Shown here in pieces: positions 42,070 to 51,696 of a stretch of DNA of 64,000 bases; position 1 is the stretch's first letter, and the number at the start of each line of letters is the position of its first letter. A program made the translations under genes and the position numbers. A model generated the notes under the pieces. It saw only the letters and a program-made list of their open reading frames with translations. It searched no databases and was not told where the DNA came from. The stretch spans positions 35,502 through 99,501 of IMG/VR virus record IMGVR_UViG_3300027917_002335. One strand, written 5' to 3'. Source of the stretch: a virus.

Positions 42070-43011
42070 ATGACAAGATTTAGAATTAAAGGTAAAGAAT
42101 TCCAAAAGTTTTTGGATGGAGTGTCTTGCAGAGGGGTACTCCAATTTAAAAGTAAGGGGAAAACAGAAGCACCCCTTTTCTCTGCTTTTTATATTGATGT
42201 AGATAAAGATAATCAAAAGCTAACTGTTTTAACAATTGATACATTCTTTCAACAAATAAAGCAAGACAGTTCAATTAAAGCAAAGGTTGATGAAGCTGGA
42301 GTGGTTGAAATAACTAACAAGATAACCTTTGACAAAATCTTTAAATCTATGGATGTTGAAAAAGAAATAGAAGTTTGGGATGACCAAGACGCTATTTATA
42401 TTCAAACTGTGGATGGTTCAGATTGGTATAAGAGAAGGTTAACTGGAGACAAGGCTTTAGACGATGTTTATAGCCAGAAAGATTTGCTTTTTAATTGGAG
42501 AGATTCTCATTCTTATGTAGATGTTGTAGCCGATGATGGCGAAACAATGAAAGTAGCAAAATTCACGACTCCAAAAGGTTCTGCTTTATATCCTATGAGA
42601 ATAAAGTTAGACAAAAAAGATTTACTTAAACTCGTATCTGATTCAATAAATCTCACAAAAGATAATGATACTGTTATTTTTAGTGAGGAAGGAAAATTAA
42701 TTATATCTACTGGAAGACCTAATGCCACTAGTATGGCTCGTCATAAAATTACATATGAGAATTTAGGAAAAGAAATATTACCTTTCTCAATTAAGTTCTC
42801 TGCCTTACAAGCAATCATTCCTAATTTGTTAGATGAAATTATTTTTAATTTCAGAAAGCAAAAGAATGAGACAATGGTTTTAAGAATAGAGAGTATGGAC
42901 AAGACTATGGTTCAAGTGTTTTCAATTGGAAGTCAAGACAAAGATGGAGTCTTGTATGATGTAGATATAATTGAAGAAGTAGAAAGTATAGAAGATATAG
43001 AGGAAGAGTAA
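42070..43011 (+). CDS. divergent sliding clamp (PCNA/beta-clamp-like)
   Basis: Two tandem halves with clamp-like patterns (FRIKGKEFQKFLDGV...LTVLTID...G.VEI...FDKIFK and IKLDKKDLLKLVSDS...KLIIS...SIKFSALQAII), acidic tail, between RFC and PolB genes. Confidence 0.6.
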   Translation: MTRFRIKGKEFQKFLDGVSCRGVLQFKSKGKTEAPLFSAFYIDVDKDNQKLTVLTIDTFFQQIKQDSSIKAKVDEAGVVEITNKITFDKIFKSMDVEKEIEVWDDQDAIYIQTVDGSDWYKRRLTGDKALDDVYSQKDLLFNWRDSHSYVDVVADDGETMKVAKFTTPKGSALYPMRIKLDKKDLLKLVSDSINLTKDNDTVIFSEEGKLIISTGRPNATSMARHKITYENLGKEILPFSIKFSALQAIIPNLLDEIIFNFRKQKNETMVLRIESMDKTMVQVFSIGSQDKDGVLYDVDIIEEVESIEDIEEE

Positions 43012-43012
43012 A

Positions 43013-43285
43013 TTGGAAAGAAATGTAGGAAATTTAGATATAGGTGAGAAACTAATGATAAGGAAAGCTAAGCGACATCCTTTATCCACCGATCTTTTTC
43101 CTTTTACTGATTTTGATATAGAAGATTTTGAAAAATCTGGTAAACATGCTATCTGGCGCGGAGTAGTAACAAAGCAATTTAAAGAATGGTATGATAACAA
43201 ACCAAAATTAGATCCTATTAGGATTAAGGAGAAAGAAAGGAGATTTAGAAACAAATTACAAAATATAATCAACGCAAGAAAATGA
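43013..43285 (+). CDS. small protein with AIWRG..TK.F.EW microdomain
   Basis: Motif shared with 36460-37113. Confidence 0.55.
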   Translation: MERNVGNLDIGEKLMIRKAKRHPLSTDLFPFTDFDIEDFEKSGKHAIWRGVVTKQFKEWYDNKPKLDPIRIKEKERRFRNKLQNIINARK

Positions 43286-43439
43286 CTGATAGAGATATAA
43301 TTGTAATAAGAACTAAGGATTATGCTTTTGAACATTTAGAAGAATTCTCTCGTTTTGTAGAGCATGTTCAGATGTTCGATGACGACAAAACTAAATTTAT
43401 CGTTATACCAAACCAGATTGTAGAGGAAGTAGAAAGATT

Positions 43440-44717
43440 ATGAACCTTAAGATAATGAATTATGGGTATTATAACAACAAGAGCGATGTTGAAAAATATA
43501 ATGCCCCAATTTTACTTTTATTTTGCAGAGATGAGAAGGGAAACTTTCATGTAGTTTATATTTGTGATAAGGAAAATTTAGCACCAGAAATGTATATACC
43601 AAAAAATGAAATACATATAGCCAAAGAGCTAGATAATATTATAACAATAACTGATGGACCACCATCAAATTATGGAGAGGAAACTCTTAGATTAACAACA
43701 ACATTTCCATGGGAAGTAAGAAGAAACAGGGATTTGTTTAGTCACACATTCTTGTCAGATATTAAATGGGAAAAAATGTGTATAGAGAAGATGGGAATTC
43801 GCACTCCTTACATCACAGTTTCGGACGATTTTAAAGATAGATGGTTGACTGTCAAAGACATCAAAGAATTAAATGAATACGATCATTTCTATGTCAAGAT
43901 TAGAACAGTTATATGGGATATAGAAACAAATGGAGAGCCAGTTTATCCTTTGTTTAATGGATATGATGATGCAGAAATATGCGATATAATAAGCATTACA
44001 GCATACGATAATTATACAGAGGAATATCATAGATTTATTTGGCATCCTCTTATTAAAGAAGACAGTCTTGAATTTGTTAAGAACTGGGAAAGAAGAGGAG
44101 AATATTATGTACCAGCTCTCAAAAAAAAGAAGAAATATTTCAATGTAAATAAAGTTTTTAATCATAATTTCACCAATGAAGTTGATATGTTGAAAAATTT
44201 TATAGACTGGATTGCTATGATAAGACCAGATGTTATGTTTGGTTTTAATAGTGAAGGAGGATATAAAATCTCAACTAAGAAAGGATATTCAAGAAAATAT
44301 TATCACGCTGGATTTGATATGCCTTATTTCTATAAAAGATGTAAGGCTCTCAAGATATTAGATTATATGGAAAAACTTAGCCCTCTTCCTAATACAATTA
44401 AAGGAGTTAAATGGAGAAGTCAAGGCAAGAAAGGAGGAGTGAGTATAGAAGGATTGTGTCAGATAGATTTCATATATACGAATGCCATCTTTATGTATGA
44501 TAAGAAATTTAATGAATTTAGAGAGGGCAACTTAGATGGATATATGAAATATTTTGTGGGATTTGGAAAGGTTCATCATAAAGAACATGTATGGGAACTT
44601 TGGAAGAATAACGAAACTTCTGATTATGATCCAACAAATCCAGAACAATATTTAATTAATAAAGAAAGAAATTTGGTGAAGGAATTATATACGAAAGCGA
44701 AGAAAATATTCGAGTGA
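43440..44717 (+). CDS. polB: family B DNA polymerase, N-terminal and 3'-5' exonuclease part (split gene, part 1)
   Basis: ExoI WDIET, ExoII GFNS...FDMPY, L......GFGK; ExoIII is absent. Confidence 0.88.
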   Translation: MNLKIMNYGYYNNKSDVEKYNAPILLLFCRDEKGNFHVVYICDKENLAPEMYIPKNEIHIAKELDNIITITDGPPSNYGEETLRLTTTFPWEVRRNRDLFSHTFLSDIKWEKMCIEKMGIRTPYITVSDDFKDRWLTVKDIKELNEYDHFYVKIRTVIWDIETNGEPVYPLFNGYDDAEICDIISITAYDNYTEEYHRFIWHPLIKEDSLEFVKNWERRGEYYVPALKKKKKYFNVNKVFNHNFTNEVDMLKNFIDWIAMIRPDVMFGFNSEGGYKISTKKGYSRKYYHAGFDMPYFYKRCKALKILDYMEKLSPLPNTIKGVKWRSQGKKGGVSIEGLCQIDFIYTNAIFMYDKKFNEFREGNLDGYMKYFVGFGKVHHKEHVWELWKNNETSDYDPTNPEQYLINKERNLVKELYTKAKKIFE

Positions 44718-44827
44718 AATGTCCTTTTTGTCTTAGTGAAAAAGTAAATGATATAGGTGACATAGATCATCGAATATATCTCTGTGAAAAGTGTAATGAA
44801 ATGTGGTATGGAGAAGACTATGATTAG
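44714..44827 (+). CDS. Zn-finger microprotein within split polB
   Basis: Hand translation from GTG: KCPFC...YLCEKC. Confidence 0.55.
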   Translation: MKCPFCLSEKVNDIGDIDHRIYLCEKCNEMWYGEDYD

Positions 44828-45068
44828 ATGTAAGAAATGTGGGCTTGAATTAAGGTTGTCTTGTGGTTGTACTGGTCATTTTGAATGCCCGAGGTGTGGT
44901 AGAGTAGATTCTGAAGCAACAAACTTAAGATGTCCAATGCATAATGTACCATTAGTACCATACAAACCAACATTAGGTTGGACAGCAAAGAATACATACA
45001 AATGTCCAGTTGCTGGATGTTTTCATATTATTCATATCCATAAAATGGAACCATTTAGGTTTGAATAA
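44820..45068 (+). CDS. multi-Zn-ribbon protein within split polB
   Basis: CKKC, CPRC, CPMH and CPVAGC; probable start MIRC at 44820. Confidence 0.65.
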   Translation: MIRCKKCGLELRLSCGCTGHFECPRCGRVDSEATNLRCPMHNVPLVPYKPTLGWTAKNTYKCPVAGCFHIIHIHKMEPFRFE

Positions 45069-45346
45069 TGATACTGTCAGATATATTAAAAGAAGGAGAA
45101 AAATCATACGAGATACCTCCTGCTTATAGAACTATTGAGATACGACATCGTAAACTTGCGTTGACTATTGTAAAATATGATGTAATAATAACATTTGAAC
45201 AATACAGTAGTTTAATGAAAGACATGAAAGATGGTAGAGCCGTTTGGGTTGATGGAAAAGAAGCAATGATAGTTTATACAAGAGGAGTAAGTATGATTGA
45301 AGATATGATAAAAATAGATGAGATTAGATATGACTGTTTGCGATAA
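45068..45346 (+). CDS. hypothetical protein within split polB
   Basis: 92-aa coupled ORF. Confidence 0.6.
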   Translation: MILSDILKEGEKSYEIPPAYRTIEIRHRKLALTIVKYDVIITFEQYSSLMKDMKDGRAVWVDGKEAMIVYTRGVSMIEDMIKIDEIRYDCLR

Positions 45347-46994
45347 GTTGCTCGACTATAATCTTGTAGATGTGGAAGGTCTTGTCTTATTAGACGATTT
45401 CTTTAAGATGATAGAAGACCAATTTGAACAAGCACATCTTGTGGTTGCTCCTCCAGACGATGGAATATATTCCAGCAAAATGCACGACCATGATATGATT
45501 AGAGATTATAGAGAGACAATGGTTTTTGATACAAAGTATCAGAAATGGGAGAGAAAACCAATAACAGGTAAGAAGCAGATTGGTTCTAAATTTACAATTA
45601 CATTGGAAGATTTAGTAGAAGTTAGGAAGAGGAGAGGAGATACTGAAGAAATTAAAAGTTTACATGATTTGCCAAAAATCGGGGGGTATGTGCCTGAACC
45701 ATTAAGAGCCGGGATGTTCGTATGGGTTATTACAATAGATTTTAACAAACAATATCCCAATGCGATAATGAGTTCAAACGCCGGAATAAAAACAGCAATT
45801 AATTTGTTAAAATATAACGATGAAGAAGTTTGGGATAAGGATGGAACGGTTTACCAACGAACGAATCTAATCGAAACGCCCATGGGCTTTTTCAGGAAAG
45901 ATATTGAATCAGTTAATAGAAAGAAATTTATGAAGTGGCTTGAGTTACGATTAAAAGCTCAAGAGATGGCTACAGCGTACTTAAAAGCTAAAAAAACTAT
46001 TGAAGATCCAATGTATAAGTTGTTAGATGGCAAACAATTTCGAATCAAAACTTTCACGAATGGAGGATTCGGAATCATGGGTTTACCAGCTGACAGGAAT
46101 TACTCAAAATTTATATTCAATAATTGTACTCTCATGTGTCAAGATTTGACTAAGAAGATGATGAATGTTTTAAAAGAACTTGACTATGTTGTTATTGGAG
46201 GAGATACAGATTCTTGTTTTGTTTGTTTAAAATGTAAAAATTTAGAAGAAGCAATAGAAGAGGGAAAAGAATTAGTAAATAAGATTAATAAGATAATAGA
46301 TAATTATCTTCGTAGAGTTTATAATATACAAGAACACACAATGAAAGTTGGATTAGAAACTATATCAGATAAATTCTGGGTTAAAGCAGCTAAAAATTAT
46401 GTTAAAAGAAATCTATGGAAGGATGGTCAAATTTTAGACAAGGCTGAATTAGAAATAAAAGGTATCTCTCAAAAGAAGAGAAACACATCTAAATTCTCTG
46501 CTGACTTACAATCTACTATGATAGATATATTGTTAGATTCTCCTAATGTAGAGGAAGATTTTAAATTATTGATGAAAGTTCTTGATTCAAGATTCGAAAC
46601 ATTACCTTGGACTTATATTGCACCTAAAGGAGCAATCAATAGTGAGATAGATGATTATGATTTAGGTAATAGAAATGCAAGAGGAGCTAGAAACACTCGT
46701 GATTATTTTAACAAATATTTTAATCCTGGCGACAATCCATATATAATGCCGTTCAGCCAGTTTCCTAAGAAGTTGAATGGAAAGTTTGTAACACCTTATA
46801 AAGGAGATACAATTGTGTTATCTTTTGATGAAGAAGATGTAGAAGAACTTAAAAATTTAGGATTCGTTCCAGATTATGAAGAATTAAAAAGAAGCCAGTT
46901 AAATGAGAAATCAAAACCGTTTCTCAGCTTAATGAATACTTCTTATTATCAAATGAGAGCATTAAATAAAGTGAGCAATGATATGGAATTATGA
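45318..46994 (+). CDS. polB: family B DNA polymerase catalytic part (split gene, part 2), C-terminal DMEL tag
   Basis: ExoIII YNLVD at the N-terminus, GGYV, motif A DFNKQYP, motif B K...NGGFG, motif C GDTDS, KNY and KG; ends VSNDMEL. Confidence 0.92.
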   Translation: MRLDMTVCDKLLDYNLVDVEGLVLLDDFFKMIEDQFEQAHLVVAPPDDGIYSSKMHDHDMIRDYRETMVFDTKYQKWERKPITGKKQIGSKFTITLEDLVEVRKRRGDTEEIKSLHDLPKIGGYVPEPLRAGMFVWVITIDFNKQYPNAIMSSNAGIKTAINLLKYNDEEVWDKDGTVYQRTNLIETPMGFFRKDIESVNRKKFMKWLELRLKAQEMATAYLKAKKTIEDPMYKLLDGKQFRIKTFTNGGFGIMGLPADRNYSKFIFNNCTLMCQDLTKKMMNVLKELDYVVIGGDTDSCFVCLKCKNLEEAIEEGKELVNKINKIIDNYLRRVYNIQEHTMKVGLETISDKFWVKAAKNYVKRNLWKDGQILDKAELEIKGISQKKRNTSKFSADLQSTMIDILLDSPNVEEDFKLLMKVLDSRFETLPWTYIAPKGAINSEIDDYDLGNRNARGARNTRDYFNKYFNPGDNPYIMPFSQFPKKLNGKFVTPYKGDTIVLSFDEEDVEELKNLGFVPDYEELKRSQLNEKSKPFLSLMNTSYYQMRALNKVSNDMEL

Positions 46995-47131
46995 TACCAG
47001 ATAATGTATGTATTTTATGTGGCAAAAGAGGATATTGTATAGATTTCAAGGAAGGTTCTTATGATATATATAGATGTCCTTATTGTAAAAGATTTTGGAC
47101 TATAATGGTAGATAAAAATGAAGATTCTTAA
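46991..47131 (+). CDS. Zn-finger microprotein
   Basis: Hand translation MIPDNVCILCG...YRCPYC; ATGA overlap with the polB stop. Confidence 0.6.
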   Translation: MIPDNVCILCGKRGYCIDFKEGSYDIYRCPYCKRFWTIMVDKNEDS

Positions 47132-47789
47132 TTTATTCGCAGGAATAGGAGGAAATCGTGCTCTATGGGGAGACGAGCACGAAGTTACAGCGGTAGAACA
47201 TGACGATAGAATTGCTCGAATTTACAAAAGAAGATACAAGAATGATAGAGTAATTATTGCGGATGCTTATGATTACTGTCTTTGGTTCTATGATGAATAT
47301 GATTTCATTTGGGCTTCCCCGCCTTGCCCTACTCACTCTATTACCAACAATTTTCTACATGCTCAAGGTGTAAGGAGATATCCAGATATGAAACTCTGGC
47401 AGTTAATTATCTTCTTAAAATACTATTCAACTTATAATAATAATAATATCAACTGGGTAGTAGAAAATGTTAAAACCTACTATGAACCTATTATAAAACC
47501 ATCATTCATACTGGGCAGGCATTACTTCTGGTCTAATGTCCATATACCTAGGAAGAAGTATGAATACTCTACAATTACAGTTACTAATGTGAAATCTGCT
47601 ACAAGAAGAGATAATTGGGAATACTTAGCAGAGTTAGAAAAATATTTAGGAATTAAATTAGCTGATGATGTAACTGGAGAGAGAAGAAGACAATTATTAA
47701 GAAACTGTGTTAAGCCAGAAATAGGAAAATATATATTAGATTATATTATAGAAGGACCTAGTGAGATAAGTAATGATATGGAGTTATAG
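47118..47789 (+). CDS. compact DNA cytosine-5 methyltransferase, C-terminal DMEL tag
   Basis: NLFAGIGG, SPPC, ENV, R..FWSN and RNCV; ends ISNDMEL. Confidence 0.9.
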   Translation: MKILNLFAGIGGNRALWGDEHEVTAVEHDDRIARIYKRRYKNDRVIIADAYDYCLWFYDEYDFIWASPPCPTHSITNNFLHAQGVRRYPDMKLWQLIIFLKYYSTYNNNNINWVVENVKTYYEPIIKPSFILGRHYFWSNVHIPRKKYEYSTITVTNVKSATRRDNWEYLAELEKYLGIKLADDVTGERRRQLLRNCVKPEIGKYILDYIIEGPSEISNDMEL

Positions 47790-48067
47790 AAGTAGGGAAA
47801 ATTTATTTAATAAGATAATGGTAAAGATAAGAAAAATTCTTTACTTTGTGTTGAAATTAGATATACATAAGAAATATGAAGCTGATAAAGATATTCAAGG
47901 ATTTATCCCGCTTCTTTCTTATAATCCAAAAACAAAATTTTATAGATTTAATTGTTATTGCAGAACTTGTCCTTGTAATTTTAAAGGATTATGTAGTACA
48001 CATTTCTATTCTATTCCGTATGTGTTATTACATGAATTTGATGGTGATAACATAATAAAAAATTTTT

Positions 48068-48625
48068 GTGGTTAATATGTATGATGAATGGAATAAAATA
48101 AAAGCAAAATGCCGTGACAGTGTAGTGGTAGATAAAGTGTTGTTCGAATCAAAATCTATTGAGTGGGGTACTCCTCAATGGTTATTTGACGAACTAAATG
48201 AAGAATTTGATTTTGTCTTAGATCCTTGTGCTAACGAAGAAAACCATAAATGTGAGAAATGGTATTCAAAAGAAGACAATGGTCTATCACAAGATTGGTC
48301 TATCTATAAAAGGGTTTTTATGAATCCTCCTTATGGAAGAGTAATAAAAGATTGGATGAAAAAGGCACACGAAGAATATTTGAAAGGAGCTACTGTTGTT
48401 TGTCTTGTTCCAGCAAGAACTGATACACAATGGTGGCACGACTATTGTATGAAAGCAACTGAGATTAGATTTATCAAAGGTAGGTTGACATTTGAAGGAG
48501 GAAAGCATTCTGCTCCTTTTCCATCAGCGATTGTCGTTTTTCAATTGAGAGATTATCCAAACTTTTTTGGAGAAGTAAGTAGATTTATTAAGAATAATGA
48601 AGTGAGATGCAGTAAATATGGGTAA
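48068..48625 (+). CDS. phage-type DNA N6-adenine methyltransferase
   Basis: W.TP, LDPCA, DNGL..DW, NPPY, LVPARTDT and GRL.F. Confidence 0.92.
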   Translation: MVNMYDEWNKIKAKCRDSVVVDKVLFESKSIEWGTPQWLFDELNEEFDFVLDPCANEENHKCEKWYSKEDNGLSQDWSIYKRVFMNPPYGRVIKDWMKKAHEEYLKGATVVCLVPARTDTQWWHDYCMKATEIRFIKGRLTFEGGKHSAPFPSAIVVFQLRDYPNFFGEVSRFIKNNEVRCSKYG

Positions 48626-49484
48626 TTGGATACAATCATTATTAGGATGGTATGGAGGAAAATATAATTTATTGGATTATATTTTACCTTTCCCAAGACA
48701 CACAACTTTTGTAGAAGTATTTGGAGGCAGTTCTGTTGTTTTGTTTAATAAGATACCCTCTGAAATAGAAGTTGTTAACGATATAAATTCACGATTAATT
48801 AATTTCTGGAAGACAATTCAAGAAGCACGAAGAGAATTTGTAGATTATTGTAAGAATGAAGGAGGAATAGATAGTCGTGCCTTATTCGATGAGTATAGAG
48901 AAAAGGCAGATAAGAAAGTAGAAGATGCTTTTAGATTATATTATGTAAATCATCACAGTTTTTCACAAATGAATAATGCTTATCATGGAATTTCATTTAC
49001 AGGAAGAGAACAATGGCATTCTCCTTATCTAAATAAATTGGAGCATATAGACGAATATTATAAGAGAATAAAACATGTGCAATTTGAATGTCAAGATTTC
49101 AGAAAATTATTAAAAAGATGTGATAGAGAAACGGCTTGTATTTATTTAGATCCTCCTTATTTTACAGGAGGAGAAGTTTATGAATATATGGCTGGAATAG
49201 AAACAGGCTGGAATCAACAAGATTTTGTAGATTTAAGAACACTATTGAAAGATATTAAGAAAGCTAAGTTCGTTCTTAGTATAGACGAGAAAGATTTTTG
49301 GTTAGAAGAAATGCCAGATTTATATGTGCAACCAATAGAGAGAGTTAATAATGCTTCTCTATCTATAGGTGAAGAGAAATCTAGGAGTATAGAATATGTG
49401 ATTAGAAATTATAATCCAAGAACTACTCCGACTATGAGAACTATGGCTGGTAAAAATAAAATAAAAAACGATATGGAATTATAA
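48618..49484 (+). CDS. Dam-like (D12 class) DNA adenine methyltransferase, C-terminal DMEL tag
   Basis: WYGGK, FVEVFGGS, VNDIN and YLDPPY; ends IKNDMEL. Confidence 0.92.
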   Translation: MGNWIQSLLGWYGGKYNLLDYILPFPRHTTFVEVFGGSSVVLFNKIPSEIEVVNDINSRLINFWKTIQEARREFVDYCKNEGGIDSRALFDEYREKADKKVEDAFRLYYVNHHSFSQMNNAYHGISFTGREQWHSPYLNKLEHIDEYYKRIKHVQFECQDFRKLLKRCDRETACIYLDPPYFTGGEVYEYMAGIETGWNQQDFVDLRTLLKDIKKAKFVLSIDEKDFWLEEMPDLYVQPIERVNNASLSIGEEKSRSIEYVIRNYNPRTTPTMRTMAGKNKIKNDMEL

Positions 49485-50468
49485 TGGGAGTTTATGATAC
49501 ACTACCAAATGGTAGTCAGGTTAAATGTTGGGGAAGTATGATGAGAATGCTTGATGTAGGCTCTAAAGTAGGAAAACTAGGAGATAAGAAAGACTATATT
49601 GTTTTACTACGAGAAGGCGGATATGTAAAAGTGATTAAGAAAAAGATTGTTAAAATTTCTAGTCATAGAGAAAAGAAATGTCCTTGTGATTTCAAACTAC
49701 CTGTGTTTGATAAATGGGGAGATAGAGTTTATTGTATGAACGATTTACATGGACTATTAGGTCCTTACGATATAGAGGATAAATATTATTATTGTGATAA
49801 TTAAATGCTAACCGCAGAAGAATATTTTAAACAAGAACGAGAAAAAGCAGAGATAAAAGCAAAAGAACGAGAAGAAAAATGGACAAAAGAAATCATGGAA
49901 GAAATAAAAGAATGGGATTCTGATAAGCTAGAAGATGAATACATCAAACTAAGATTGTCAAGAATCTCTTATTACGATCCTATTACGCCTGGAATGGCTT
50001 GGGATTTATTCCATGAAGAATGTAGATTTTGTGGCTTAGAATATATTCAAGGAGAACACAACGATTGTTGTGATGATTGTTGGGAAGAAAATAAAGATAA
50101 AACTTTAAGTGATTTAGAAAATGGCTGAAGAAATAAATAATATATTGGATGCATTAGTAGATGATTTTAGGTATGTATTAGATCTTGCTATCGAATGGAT
50201 GGATGATCCAAAATCATTCGAGCCAGATTATAGAAAACTAAATGAATTATTAGATATTTTTGATAAGTGGTTTAAATGAAATTGAACAACATATTAAAGG
50301 AATTGGCAACAGTCAAAGACTTGTTGCTACAAAAATATGGAGAAGTAGAAGAACTTCGAGAAATGAATGAAAATCTTAGACAATTAAACGCTAGATTATC
50401 TAAACAAGTAAAAGATTTAAAAGAGCATAGCGCTAAAGTAGAAAAAAATAACAAGATGTTGAAGGAGC

Positions 50469-51209
50469 ATGTACAAGGAAAATCCGAAGACAAAGGGTAG
50501 TGGAATATATGCTGTAATTCCGCAAACAGGTCATTGTCCTAACAATTGTGATGATTGTTTCTTCCAATCAGGTCGTTCTTTCTTAGAACCTTTGGATGAG
50601 AATTTACCCAATCTTTACGATTATAAATATCTTGAAGAAATGTATAGTAAAGTGTTTAGGATAAATGATGGAAACGATAGTAATGTTGACAGAGAAACTG
50701 TTATGGAAAAGACAGGCAAATATCTGTTGAAATTCTATAATACTGCTATCCCAAGAGACTTAGAAGAGTTTGATGCTCCATTTGTTTTGACTATAAATCC
50801 GGGGTTTATGACTGATAGAAGTTGGCATAAACTTATAGAGATTCCAAAGAATTTAATGTTTGTAAGAATAAGAACGAACTGTTGGAATTTAGAACAAGTT
50901 GTCAAACCAGCGGTGAAATACTATACTGAGAAAGAAGTACCAGTTGTATTAACATTCATGGCTTACTTTGATACTCCTATTCCAGAAGGATATGAAGATG
51001 ATTATATATTTAGAAAGAGAACTCTTAACTCTTACAATGCTATAACTACACAAGCATGGGAAGAGATTATGAGAATGTTTAAATATAATGCTTATGTATA
51101 TTCTTGTGGAAAGATTGAAGGAGAAAAAGGAACAACCAAATGTGCCAGATGTGGTAATTGTATAAGAGAATTTTTTGTTACAATGGAACGAATGAAAGAT
51201 GAGTTATAA
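50469..51209 (+). CDS. radical SAM-like protein
   Basis: CPNNCDDCF (CxxxCxxC) plus C-terminal CARCGNC. Confidence 0.7.
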   Translation: MYKENPKTKGSGIYAVIPQTGHCPNNCDDCFFQSGRSFLEPLDENLPNLYDYKYLEEMYSKVFRINDGNDSNVDRETVMEKTGKYLLKFYNTAIPRDLEEFDAPFVLTINPGFMTDRSWHKLIEIPKNLMFVRIRTNCWNLEQVVKPAVKYYTEKEVPVVLTFMAYFDTPIPEGYEDDYIFRKRTLNSYNAITTQAWEEIMRMFKYNAYVYSCGKIEGEKGTTKCARCGNCIREFFVTMERMKDEL

Positions 51210-51696
51210 TAGACGAATAGAAGAAGGATATAAAAAAATAGGAAAAAAATTAGATAAAGACGGCAATATTATGAAAAAAATTTATTTTGCTCATCCATTT
51301 GACAAATGGAATAGCAAACGAGAAGAAATGATAGAGCAAACATTATCAGAGAGAGGTTACGAAGTTATAAATCCTTTCAAAGAAGAGGATAGACTAAACG
51401 AAAAATATGGCGTTAATAATTACTACGAAGATCCAACCTATGAATTTGCCAGAGATATAGTTGACAAGGATTATCAGATGGTCAAAGATTGTGATGAATA
51501 TTTTGGTTGGTTTCCAAAAGATGTCACAATGATTGGTACTCCACTTGAACTGGCTTGGGCAAAAGATTTAGGTAAAAAGATTACAGTGCTTTGCTACAAA
51601 CCACAACCTTTCTTATGGATGTATGCTGATATATTTTATATAGGATACGACAATTTTAAAAATGATGTTAGATTCTACGATAAAGAAGTTCATTGA
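51199..51696 (+). CDS. nucleoside 2-deoxyribosyltransferase / dNMP N-glycosidase family
   Basis: KIYFAHPF, VINP, D...V..CD and GT..E..WA..LGK. Confidence 0.8.
   Translation: MSYNRRIEEGYKKIGKKLDKDGNIMKKIYFAHPFDKWNSKREEMIEQTLSERGYEVINPFKEEDRLNEKYGVNNYYEDPTYEFARDIVDKDYQMVKDCDEYFGWFPKDVTMIGTPLELAWAKDLGKKITVLCYKPQPFLWMYADIFYIGYDNFKNDVRFYDKEVH

Noticed and set aside
44600-45345. Split intein or self-splicing intron joining the polB halves
   Set aside because: No intein N- or C-terminal motifs and no convincing group I/II or bulge-helix-bulge pairing at the junctions; the gap is filled with coupled ORFs
51192-51209. Radical SAM protein ends in KDEL (ER-retention signal look-alike)
   Set aside because: Prokaryotic virus, cytosolic enzyme, single occurrence; it also does not fit the DMEL consensus
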